A stretch of DNA of 64,000 nt from Polymyxa betae A26-41 (GCA_003693705.1 RBZT01000633.1:207280-271279); one strand, 5' to 3'. Counted from the first letter of the stretch, positions 51,992-63,955 are shown. A program made the numbers and translations. Notes: a model not told the origin generated them from the letters alone.

Positions 51992-53093
51992 TTAGGACGC
52001 AGGAGCAGAGAGGATGCCCTTTGGTAGAGCGCTTCGTAGCAAAGGATGTCGAAGAAGGTCACTAGCAGTAGGCCGAGTATCGGGATCGTAAGACAATAGC
52101 CATGCAATCAGATCTTTCATTTCCTGGCTACAGGAAATTGATTGCGGGAAGAAAGCCCCAAAGCCTGATCGCAGGGCAAAAGTAAACAAGCAAGAATCAA
52201 TTTCACGATAAGTTTTGAGACCTGGCTTGGTGGTAGGTTGGAATCCAGACCGCACACGACTATGTAGAGCGCTGTGGATTTCGCAATATGGCTTTCCCAT
52301 TGGGTTCATTGGGCTGAATCCAAAGACCATAATAAACAGAATGATGCCAATCGCCCTGTAACTTTGTTATTGTTGGTCCACACGAAACCTGCAGTCCTCC
52401 AACCAGATATCTGATTTGAAACCCAGTTGTGATCGCTCAAGGACTTCCGGCGCCATGAACTCAGGTGAGCCTTGCGTCACCTGAACATAGCTAGACCCTG
52501 ATGTGACACGCGATGCACCAAAATCGATCAATTTGACGATCAGGTTGGGACCAGACACCATTATGTTGGATGGCTTTAGATCGCTGTGCACGATGCTTTT
52601 CGAATGCATAAAGCATACAGCATTAACCTAAATGACCAGTAGGTTTCAAATACTGCGGTAACGTCGAGAATCGGTATCTACAAACCAGTTGTTTACACAC
52701 AGTGATGGCATCAGCCTGCGATAATCGACCACCACAATACTCAATTAAATCGATTAGATCCCCTCCAGTGCAATGCTCCATCACAAAATATATACACTTC
52801 TTGTCCTCAAAGACATCAATGAGTCGAACTAGGCTTGGATGTGCCATCTGCCTGAAAACCAGCTCCTCCTGATCGGCTGCAGCTCTGGTCTTCTTCATGA
52901 CAGCTTTAACTGCCACACGATCACCAGTTTCACGATGCCGACCAAGCCGCACTACGTTCATCGATGCATCATTATCGATGCGTTCCGTGATCTCGTATTC
53001 GTCATCAATATGTCGAAATCTCCTATCCTTAGACCCAGCAAGCGGACGAAACGCCTTTAATAGCAATGTGAAGCGCATGCAGCCGAATCGCAA
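51992..53093 (-). CDS. Ser/Thr protein kinase, CAMK-like; start uncertain
   Basis: VAVK, VMEHCTGGDL, HSDLKPSN, DFG, GSPEFMAPE, SDIW, RPTASDLLRHP. Confidence 0.9.
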
Positions 53094-53729
53094 GAGATCC
53101 GAGATGGAATCACAAGTGGATAGTCGCCTGTGTTAACGATTACAGAGTCAGAGCCGACGGAAACAAGGGCAAGATCGGCCGATTGACTCACGACCTAGTC
53201 GAGTTTCGATTCGGAAGCAAGCATGGCTGAAATGGTCTCAGATCACGTGGGTCAGGAATGGATGGAGATCGAGATTGAAGATTTTGCGGCTGCGCTGCGC
53301 ACATTCGAGGGACGAGCCCAAGGTGGGGGGGGGGGGCCGCACTCTGGGATCTGGCTCACCCAAAAACCCTACTCGAAGTCCTGAACAATTCAGAAGCGGC
53401 CACCTCTCAATGAGCAGGTAGTCCGCGTCTCTCACGGAAAACTTCGCCACTGTCCAGTATATGCCCGGCCTCCTCTATAAATCGCTCGTATTTGTCATAA
53501 TAATATCCAGATTCGAGATGTCGATGGTCATGTTATATCTTGTCGCTGACCTGCTGTAGCAGTGTTGTCGTGGTTTGCCTCGATTAATCCAGATCATTCC
53601 GGATAGTTTATTTTGCTTCGTCGATGGCTGTAGTGCTGCTAACGCTTTCCACCTCTATTGCTTCCAACTGCAACAATACAATAGTCATTTAGGGAATTGC
53701 CAGGCAAAATCGTTCGTACCGCTGCATCA

Positions 53730-55787
53730 TCATTCACATCTGCTATTGCACTGCTTCGTTTTGCCACCAGATTCGTTGTCGTCTACAAAATTGTTGACTT
53801 CCTGGCAATATTTTGTTATAAATTGTTACTTTAGGTAGAGATTGTCTGGCTTCAGTTGCTCCAGCGTCTTCTACTTGCTCGATAGCCGCGTCATTGACAT
53901 TCTCAATAATTGTCATGGAATTCTAATCACGTTTAGAGTAGAAAAATTTATATTTGTGTTAATGTGTACCAGATTAGAATCGAGATTGTTCGCCCTCATT
54001 ATGGTATGTACAACTTTCTCATTTGTGACCTTGGCTCCGGCCATCTTAGCATCTATAACATGGATCTCAGAACCCAGATGAAACCATCCCAGTTTAGGTA
54101 CCTTTATGTTTGCTAATAGTAGAAGTCGGCAATATACCTGCCCAGGCCTGTTTATAGACCATTGTTAGCACTGCCTAAAAACAAACCGATACCAGAAACC
54201 TGTTTTGGAGTTTTGCCTTTAGTTGCATTCTTTGTATCGAAATCTGTTGTTGTCGCTGGTAATGCAGAGATTTTAAACCAGGCGAAAACGTTAAGAATTG
54301 AGTCCAGAATCGTTTTAAGAACTGGCCACCCTATAACAATAGATGATGAGGCATTCACTTTGAGATTAGTATTACCTCGAGATTCGGATACAACAGGTTG
54401 AATTGAGCCTTGAGAACTCTTTCTTTTGGATGACGACACCGAGATTCTCTTGAACATAGAAGACGGCGACTCTTTTGTGTTGGTAGCTTTGTTCGCTGAA
54501 TATCATACCAATAAGTAAAAAGCAAGCCAGCAGAAAACATAGTGAACCTCGTGATAGGAATTGTGCTGCATTTGTAACTGCTTTAACCTTTGATCTTAGA
54601 ATATGCTTGGCATTAAGCCATGGCTCCATTTTTGTGACGAAATCGTCGATCACATCTGGAACATTACAAACAGATGATGTGAATAACACGGCTCTTGATG
54701 TCGTGTAACTTGCTTGAGGTGCTAATTCACCCTCACCGATATCGCCTACACATCTTTATCATCGTTTCAAATTCCACTACATGTTGTGATCACCTTGAAA
54801 TTGCTTAGCAATATATGCCAGTCGCTGAACTCGTGAAGGTAATTTGGTATAGGTGTTAGCCATGGTTTCTAATCGTGTTAAAGATGATGCCAGATGAGGA
54901 TGAATCTTGATCTCTCCTGTGGCTATTTTCTTTCGTGTGAATATGACTCGTGAACGAAATGGAATATAGTGAGGATGTGCTACCTAATTTGTCTATCGAG
55001 TCACATGACATACATTCATGAATTCAGAACATACAATTCGAGGTTTTACTGTATAATGAAACGATTCAAATCGCGTTTTCGGCGGTTGTAATCGAGGTAT
55101 TAATGACGACATAAGATACTGCTCAGCTGATACAGAAGATGCAATCGACATCTGTGGAGAGTGACCAAACCCGAACAGGCCATAATGAAAGATAAGCCTA
55201 ATTGATAGACGACCAACGAATATCTCACGATGGTCGAACATCTGAAATATTCGTGGTCCTGGGCTTGACTAAGTTTTAATTAGCTAGAATGTATAATGAT
55301 CATGATACTTATTACACGAATGATGCTATGCAAATGTAGAGATATATAGCCGATTTGATCAGAAACAATGCTATTCGTGATTGATTGGCGATGTAATGTC
55401 AGCCTGAATCACATATTGATAGATGAACTTTGTAATATCGATTTACGAACGATATTCGATTAGTAGGGTTGGATGATGTGATTGCCACAATCACAGGCAT
55501 ATGCTTAACTTCGTTCCATTCAGCAGTTCCTTCAATACTAGGTCGAACTTGCATAGTCCTCTTGGCTACATTTCGTACACGAACCTCTACTGATAGAGCA
55601 TCAAATGGTGATATGCCTAATAGACATCTTAATAGCTATGACGTCTACTATATTGCGTTGTTCTACTCATCATATCCAGCTTGGTGATTCGGCTGATTTC
55701 GATGGATAAAATCCCCTGGATTTGAGGATAATGTTCATCTCGACGTTGAACTGATCTAGCTACGGGACTGCCTTGGTTATTCATCAT
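53730..55787 (-). CDS. C2-domain protein resembling C2CD6/ALS2CR11 (CatSper-tau), multi-exon; 3' end approximate
   Basis: Spliced N-terminus QGILSIEI..VEVRVRNVAKRT..WNEVKHMPVIV..NRISLTL..IGYISLHLHSIIR..IFVGRLSIRLIFHYGLFGFGHSPQ..LIPRLQPP..RLETMANTY. Confidence 0.72.
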
Positions 55788-56337
55788 CGTTGATTTCCAA
55801 TCGATTTGACATTATAAACGATCGATTCCTATACACTACAAGTACTTCAACGAATCACGAATTTTTGTTTAGGTGCCAATGGGGTTTTTTGATGCTTCCT
55901 ATTAGCTTTTTGTCTCCAGCTACTATGGCAGGCTACTCTGATTATAAACGCATCATTTGGCTTAACAGATCGGGAAATCCCAGGCGATGTATTTTATTGA
56001 GTTTGGTTTATAGAAATATATAGCATGACGCTGCTTGAAGTGAGGTCTCTGGCTGCTCGAGCTTACTGAAGGGCCTATTGGTTGCGATTACTCTTTAGGG
56101 AAGATTGTACTTAGAATGAGATGGGAGATGGTTAGAAGTCGATCTGGGTACCCGATCCGAATGTCTTGCCAGGCAATTTATCAACCTAATCCAGGAAGCA
56201 ATCACAAAACCAACAGTTTAGACAATAAGCGATGCCGGAAGGCAGGCCGGGACCTCATATCCCAGGCCGGTTGAGTCTTGCTCTTCAACCTTTGAAGAAT
56301 GGCAATCTAGGATTCGAGACACAAACAACAGAAGGCA

Positions 56338-56655
56338 GTGTTTATTCATCTGATAAAGCTGGTAAGACATCTATATGGTGATATGGACATATTTTTACCC
56401 AATGATATAGCCATTGACGAAGCCACGTTAGAGATGATCCATAAAATCACCAAATGTACAACCCAAGGCAAAATGACCAAAGAGTTTAGTATTGATGAGA
56501 GCAAGGCGACTCCGAAAGATCAACGGCAACAGCTTCATGAACTTGAGAATCAGCTACAGGAAATGGATCGATTGTTTCAATGGGCCACGAAGATGAAGAA
56601 TGCATCTGAACAAGTCTGGATTAAGTGGAAACAAACTCAAAGGGAAATACAGTAG
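56338..56655 (+). CDS. Hypothetical coiled-coil protein (last exon; upstream part unresolved)
   Basis: QRQQLHELENQLQEMDRL coiled-coil character; upstream candidate exons contain stops. Confidence 0.35.
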   Translation: MFIHLIKLVRHLYGDMDIFLPNDIAIDEATLEMIHKITKCTTQGKMTKEFSIDESKATPKDQRQQLHELENQLQEMDRLFQWATKMKNASEQVWIKWKQTQREIQ

Positions 56656-56827
56656 GATATGATATTGATTTCAAGTTGCTTCTTGAAATAGCTCGATACG
56701 TTTATTTGTTGGACTCAGTTTGCTGAAATGGTTAAAGTTATATTTTAGACAATTGCTGCTAATAGGTAGCACGTTTCCGTTGAGCATAAATATATACTAG
56801 ATTCAGAGTAGTTGACCTCATATATCT

Positions 56828-57726
56828 TCATTGATCTAGCTGGAAAATCAATCGATGAGCGAGCTCGACATCATTAAGCTCTCCAAACAATTCCTGGACC
56901 AGGGCCTTAATCTGAGACTTTTCTCGCCTAATTTCTGCTTTGAGACTGGCATATTCTTGATCACCACCAGCATCTGATTCATCAACAGAAGATACGTGAT
57001 GGTTGACGGCTGCCATCATATCCACTAGCGAACCCAAAACAGAAGACTGGTCGTCTTCCCATGATACTGATTCCAAATGATCCACGTATTGCAGAAGCAA
57101 CTGTGATTGTGACACGACATGCTCGCGACTGAATATTCCAGTACCAGAACAAGATCCTGATGAGCAGATTGAGCTGGATCTTGACCTAACAAACATTTCG
57201 CCATTTTTATCCTGCTCTGGTACTGTGAAATCATCATCTTCAGAAACTGGCTTCACAATCTCTTTCACAGCATTTTTCGATGCATTGCCATTTGATTCAC
57301 CAGCAGCGATATCGACAATGGGTTTGGGAGGTTCAAAGATGGACGCCTCTCCCGAACTCAGCGACCCAGCTGGGTCATTGATCATCCAAACGGCCTGGTC
57401 CATCGGGCTGCTAGTTTTCTCAGTCCATATCGTCGACCAAAACGCACGTTTCTTTCCTGTCTTCTTTGTCCAATGATCATTCGTGAGGCTGCCGTCTCGA
57501 TCAGATTGCCATGTATGTTGCGCGTGCCTGGTCATTGTTGAGTCATCGCCACGATCCAGTATTTCTGAACCGGAAAATGATCTGGCACGAAATTCAAACT
57601 CAACTATAGCTCAGATGTTTGTGATAGTAAATACCCTTCAAAGCGATGCGGATCGACGATAACCTCCGAATCAGGCATGGTGCTACCAAAGGTCTGACGA
57701 TCTTGATACTGCTTATCTGGACGCAT
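56828..57726 (-). CDS. Hypothetical acidic/Ser-rich protein with C-terminal coiled coil; start uncertain
   Basis: 235-codon ORF plus an upstream exon with a GTATTT donor near 57634. Confidence 0.55.
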
Positions 57727-58502
57727 CGTATTCGAGTAGTATTTAGTGGTCAAACCAGAATCAACCTGATATAGAAACGAAATTCTTTCTAGAAAAGTGT
57801 TCGCGAACCGTGATATTTCCTTCTTTGCTGAAACCAAGATCTCAAATGCAAATGCTTGTCAGGCTTTGTGATTGATACAATGGAAGTTGCTGGAACTGCT
57901 ACAATCAACAGATAGACGAGCGTCTGCCGCCTTTTAAAGCATGATGTCGAGTTTGTCGAAGGTCGATGATTATGTAGGCCTTGCTGGTAAGGCAGCAGGC
58001 AGATATGGTGGTGAGGTTCGGGGGCCGCTCCACGCAGGGACGCCCCGATTATCGTGCGGGGCCTCCGATCTGCCTTAAACTGTCCTGGCTTGAGTGGCAA
58101 TAGGACTCTGAAGTTGGGACTCCCTCTAACGCCCCATGGGGTCTAGGGGCTATGTTCGAGGCTACCTTCTCTGAGGCCTGTCTCTCTCAAAGAACATCAT
58201 GTAGCTAATTGGTCAAATCTACCTCGCTGTCTCTCTGATTCCCTATCGCCTTATCCATCCGTCAGCGCTCCCTTGAATTGTGCTGGTTGATTCGACTGAT
58301 GGCCTGAAGCGGAGCGCCAAAACATCGCTCTTCTCTCCGTGCCAAGATGTCAGCATCAGTCCTCATCTGATTGAGTGTACAGTAATTCAAAGTAGGGCGA
58401 AAACAGCAAACTGAAGATAATTAATTGCCTTGGTTATTTAGATTGGTTAACTTGTGTATTGTTTAAAAGACTGTCGAGGTCGTGGGTACTTTCGGGTTCT
58501 AT

Positions 58503-59360
58503 CTAATAAGATGTGTTACGTTCAGTATCTTCTTTGTCTTTACATTCAGCGGTCTCTTTGTCTTTAAAAGCCCAGGGGCAACAATAACAACAGATTTTTT
58601 TCCAAAACGGGGTCTCGCTGTGCTCTTTCTTCTCATCATATTCTTCTATTTCGTCATTCTTCGATTCACAAGCCCCTGTTTCAGCTAGCGCTTGATCTCT
58701 TGTAATGTATTCACATTGATCTTTGTCAGATTCTTTCGAACATTCTGTTTCCTAATGATCAAGTTCAAATGGGACTCATGCTCTATGACGTTTTATGCAA
58801 GTAACCTTTGGCTGAAGCTCAACTTGGTTTTCTCCAGTTTGATAATTTTCCGCCAAGTCATCATTCTAGAAGCAATGTTAAGTATTTCTGAAAGTCAACG
58901 AAGTGCAATTACTTTGACCGGTTCCGATTCAATGCTCGCTGGATATTCTGTTTGAGTGGGTACATCAGCGGCATAAATCGTTTCTGGTTGTTGCTGTTGT
59001 GTAATAGACACGCTGTCATCTGAGCTGCCATAAACAGAACTCGGCTGTATGACTGGCGTTTCGTTGCTGACGAGTTCTGCTTTGCAATCATTAAAACGAT
59101 TAGCACTTTTGCAATCCTCGCTACCTGGCTGTTGAGTAGCGTATTCGGCAGGGTTTTGCTCGCTATATTCTTCAATGTAAGGTGGTATATCTGGTTTGTT
59201 CACATAGGCATTGGTATCCAACTCCCAATACGGGCTAGTACCACTAACAGGCTCCCTGAGCAGAAATGTATTCAGATTGGCATCCAGTCTGATAAATAAG
59301 AGATCACATTGGTGTAGCAATCAAGGGAAGGACTAGAGCCAATATATGGTATACCATCAT
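58503..59360 (-). CDS. Putative secreted acidic protein with a C-terminal Cys cluster, 4 exons
   Basis: Three short GT-AG introns give one frame: MMVYHILALVLPLIATPMEPVSG...E/Q/P-rich...PFWKKICCYCCPWAFKDKE...SY*. Confidence 0.6.
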
Positions 59361-60024
59361 GATGGTAGATATCAAGATAAAGACAGCAATATAATAATGA
59401 TTGATAGGTCAGAGGGACAGTAGCACCAACACGTTATGTAATTGGATTTGGAGCGGATATGACGGGATAGGAACCCCCCGTTCACGGTAAAGTGGTGCCC
59501 CCCCCGTTGTCATCACTGGCCCATCGAACTCATGCAAGTCCACACTGCACTTGTAGAACTTAAAATATCGTATCCAATACAGGGCTCAACAAGACTGTTG
59601 AGTACTGATTTTACCTTGAGCTCAGGAAACTACAAGCAATATATGGGTTTTGTCGTCCTCCAGCCCTATTGCCTCATAGTTGGCTAAATGACCTGGGAGC
59701 TGGTTGCATCCACTGAATTCAAGAAATCCTTGTCTCCATTACCCATCCTCAACAATGACAGGTACCTAACCGAAGCTAACACATTATATAGTGTTTAAGT
59801 CAAGCGATTAATATCATTGGGTAGCTCTTCTAAATAGAGGTTACCCGAACTAGCCAGAATGTACCAAATACGACGCGATTTACATGAAACATAAATGAAG
59901 ACTGGCAACAAAGAGTCCACTTTAAGACAGATGACTGAATTTATACCTCCCTTTTATAAATCAGTTATCATCGTCTATATCTCTCTCAACATCTTTTCGT
60001 TCAAAGTTTCTGACCAGGGTCGCC

Positions 60025-62141
60025 ATGGCCAGTAATTCTTCTGGCCCAGCAACAGACGCCGCTGGTAGCTTTCCAGTGTGATGACTTTCTGAGATTTATG
60101 TGATTCGAAGGTAATGTGTTATTCCTGAGCTCAACGAATGGCGGCGACCCTGCGTTTGATGAAACTGGGTATGCCAGCATTGCCTTTCTTTTGGTAATGG
60201 CAGGTGAACTAACTGTTAACGTTATAAAACTCCAATGAATCAGCTCTTGATAGCACTGGTATTTCTAATGACTCCTGGACTTGGACTTTTCTACTCGGGA
60301 TTGTCGAGATCCAAGAATGCAGTTACATTGATCATGATGTGCTTCTTAAGCATGTCTGCTATCACGATTCAGGTATGCTGACGTTAAAATCACGTTTAAA
60401 TTTCAAATTAAGTGCAGCAATTAGTGGGTATTGTTAGGGTTCTCTTTATCGTTCTCTGAATCAGGAAGTGCTGTTATTGGAGACTTCAAGCATGCAGGAT
60501 TTTATGGTCTGGGATCTAATGCATTAGCCTTAACAGCTCCAGCAGTTCCAGGTTCCTAATAGCCTTCTATATTTGATTTATTCTTGACTCATTGTAGGCA
60601 TTATATTTGCTGCCTATCAGATGAAATTTGCCACCATAACGCCCGCATTAATATTCGGTGCTGGTAACTAATCATGCATGTTCTCTCAGTTATCTATGAA
60701 CGAATTGGCAGTTAGTGAACGGTTTCGTATCCTGCCTGGATTAATTTTCATTGTAATCTGGTCTACTTTGGTGTTCTGCCCTGTTAGCATGAGAATGTCA
60801 GCCGCTGCACATTATCTCAAATCAGACTTAGGTGGCTTATTGGACATGGGCTGCTCGTGGTTGGTTAAGAAATCTGAGTTGCTTGTCTTCTGTTTCTACG
60901 ACACCTTGCGGTATTGGGAGCTACGATTTTGCAGGAGGTCGTGAATCGAAACCATGCTGAATTGTACACCTTAAAGTACTGTAGGGGGTCCTGTGCATAT
61001 TACATCCGGATTTGCAGGATTGGCATATGCAATGATCTTAGGTAAAGGCAAGGTCCCTATAAGCTCTAAAGCTCCTCTTGCTCACGACAGTAAGTTGTGT
61101 GTCAGATTCGATAAGCAATGCATGAACATGATGTTTGGCATAGTGTCCAACGTCTTTCTCGGCACCGGTTTACTTTGGTTTGGTAATGGCACGTTTCTAA
61201 GGGCGCTGCAGCTGAATAAACCATGATTCAGGTTGGTTTGCCTTTAATGGTGGATCAGCTTTAGCTGCCACACCTCGAGCTGCAATTGCTGCTACCGTAG
61301 GTTGAGTTATTGCAATGTTCCTGCAAAAATGAGTCATCTTGACAGGTCACAACTGTTGCTGCAGCCGCTGCTTCAATGACATGGTAAGAGCAGTTACTGA
61401 GAATTGAAATAACTGATTCTATAAACGCTAGGGTATGCATAGACTACTACAAACGCAAGAAGTTCTCAGGGATTGGGTTTTGCTCTGGTGTAATAGCCGG
61501 ATTGGTTTTTATTACACCTGCTGCTGGTTTTGTCGGTGAGAAATTTGTAATTCAACACTTATAGCTGATTCCAATGCAAAGCCCCTTGGAGTGCTATTGT
61601 GATTGGCATAATTGCTGGCATCGTCTGTAATTATTCCATTGAGCTAAAAAATCGTTCTGGTTTGGATGATACTTTGGACACTTTCAGCGTTCATGGAATT
61701 GGAGGGTTTGTGGGAAACATTTTAACAGGTGTATTCGCTGAGAAGTGGATTGGGTTACTTGATGGCACTAATATTAACGGTGGAGCAATTGAAGGCAATT
61801 GGTAATTGAAACCAAACTGTAATATTGTATAATTAACTTCAATAATCATCATTGCTAGGATACAAATAGCTTACCAACTTTGCGGTTCAACTGTCATTGC
61901 TGTTTACTCGTTTGCCATTAGCTATGCTATTTTGTACGTCATAAACAAAATCCCTGGACTCCATCTTCGTCCTTCTGAATCTGATGAGTTCGCTGGAGCT
62001 GACAAGACCCAAATGGCTGAGATCTTATATGTTGCAATATATCCAGACAAGCTCAGTTCAATGCCATCATCGGAGAGGCTTCGCATAGTGGACACGTCTC
62101 CCGATAAACCAAAACATTTGGATGTTGAAGAGATTTCTTAA
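60025..62141 (+). CDS. Amt/Mep ammonium transporter, highly interrupted by introns
   Basis: LVFLMTPGLGLFYSG; YQMKFATITPALIFG; DFAGGGPVH; WFGWFAFNGGS; DDTLDTFSVHGIGG. Confidence 0.97.
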
Positions 62142-62598
62142 AGTGAATTGCAAATAACCGCTTTTGAGGCCTCCCATTTTACTGTTAAAGGTCGTTTAAT
62201 AAAAAGTGGCTGTGCTTATTTCCGAGATCACAGACGTTTACGAATAGAGAAAACAAGGTCTTGATAGATACATCTCTGTCACTGTTTGTATAAGCTAACA
62301 ATCACGAAACGATGGATAAGGACGCAGTCGACAGAGCTGTCTTGCAACAACACAAATTATTGACTATGGGTCAATAAGACATTTCAAATTTGATTGACAT
62401 GAATGCAGACAATTTGAGAAAACCGAGGCCAATTCTGCAAAAATCGCAAACTGGAAATGAGATAGATGTTAGGGCGCTTTTATGATTGTAATTTCACTAA
62501 TTTGTGATGCTGACCGAGGCAGAACAACAGGTTTTTGCGCATAGGAAACCGGGTTTTCTGCGACCAGATTTAGAGTGCGTTTGGTAACCACAGCGTCC

Positions 62599-62710
62599 CA
62601 AACGGTCGTTTGAGCAAAACGGCCGTTTTCCGTTTTCTGCGCCACGTTTACAAAACGGCCGTTCTGGAACAGAGCTTGCAGCCAAACGCTAATTCGAAAA
62701 CGCCCGTTTT
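62599..62710. repeat. Cluster of four palindromic AAAACGGCCGTTTT-like motifs
   Basis: Copies at 62599, 62616 (perfect 14-bp palindrome), 62652 and 62697. Confidence 0.75.
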
Positions 62711-62915
62711 CTAATAAACTCTGTACATATTACATTAGGTAAACTTTCTTCATTCTAGAGCGTAGACGGATGGTGACACCATCCGTTAACTCACCGACGG
62801 AAGGTGACACCGTCGATATTTTCTGCCTGATCGGACTGAAACTGCATCCATTTTGGTATGTTCTGTGCATTGATTCATAAATTCAACTTTCAATAGGGGT
62901 ATCAAAGTTAAGTTA

Positions 62916-63300
62916 AGAATCGATTCTCCGGGGGTCGAAAAACATGCGGGAGAATCAATTCTCCGGGAGGCTACGGTAATTTTCGCGATTATAACATAAA
63001 ATTATAAATAGATAGGATATTTATTATTCAATCTGAATTGAAAATTCGGCAGCCTGTTTTGGCGGCTGAACCGCCATGTCAATGACAAGGCGTATGGTGC
63101 TGTAGCCTCCCGGAGGATCGACTCTCCCGCATGTTTTTCGACCCTCGGAGAATCGATTCTCCGGGAGGCTACGGTAATTTTCGCGATTATAACATAAAAT
63201 TATAAATAGATAGGATATTTATTATTCAATCTGAATTGAAAATTCGGCAGCCTGTTTTGGCGGCTGAACCGCCATGTCAATGACAAGGCGTATGGTGCTG
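62916..63300. mobile_element. Transposon-end/MITE-like structure with a 154-bp direct duplication
   Basis: 62949-63102 matches 63147-63300 with 1 mismatch; 62916-62973 is inverted at 63103-63160; 14-bp inverted ends at 63102-63115 and 63159-63172. Confidence 0.6.
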
Positions 63301-63955
63301 CCAGTTTTTTTTTGAGGTAATATACCGAAGGTCCGGCATTTCCGGAATGACCGCAGCCGGCAGCGGGATTGTTATTTGAAAAATCTGTGGCGTATGGCCT
63401 TGGAAGTAATGCACTATGGCCTTACTTTGGGGGTCGTCCAGAATGTTATTTACGTGGGCCGGATCGACGTAGTCCACTGGGTCAACCGTGCTCTGTTTCA
63501 GTGAGAGCAAAACATGGCTCCCATCTTCAGCAACTTTTGCCGTGACTGCGTGGCCTGTAACCAGGCATACAATCAGGCATATCCGGTCGCGGCCTTCAGT
63601 GGAATAGCGGATTAGTTCATGGAACACCACATTGTTGTGCGCGGCGATGGATTTTGATATTTCCGGGGTCATGGTAGTCGTGACATCCAGGAAAGTTTTT
63701 TTGTTGGGGTGGTAGGAGGTACTGGAGTACTGATAGGTGGCCGTTTTTTGCCTGAGCCGATACCTAGGATGCGAGGTGGGGTATCTGCGCTTGCATCATC
63801 GCTAGGGTCCGGTAATAAATCCCCTGTTAGGACATATGTGTTAATTAACGTTACACAAACCCTAAAACCCTACCTTTTTTCTGGAGCTCTTTAACCAGTT
63901 TCTTCAAACGGCCGTTAACCACGTTCGCATTGAATGACTCAAACAGAGGATCCAT
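63222..63955 (-). pseudogene. Hypothetical gene interrupted by two homopolymer frameshifts
   Basis: ATG at 63955 (MDPLFESF...), intron about 63825-63873, frame breaks at T7 (63696-63702) and probably T9 (63305-63313). Confidence 0.45.

Noticed and set aside
53325-53336. Poly-G run upstream of the kinase (possible G-quadruplex)
   Set aside because: Single homopolymer of uncertain length with no supporting context
63906-63916. AAACGGCCGTT as the far end of an element starting near 62600
   Set aside because: Falls inside the putative first coding exon (NGRL) of the 63955 gene; probably chance
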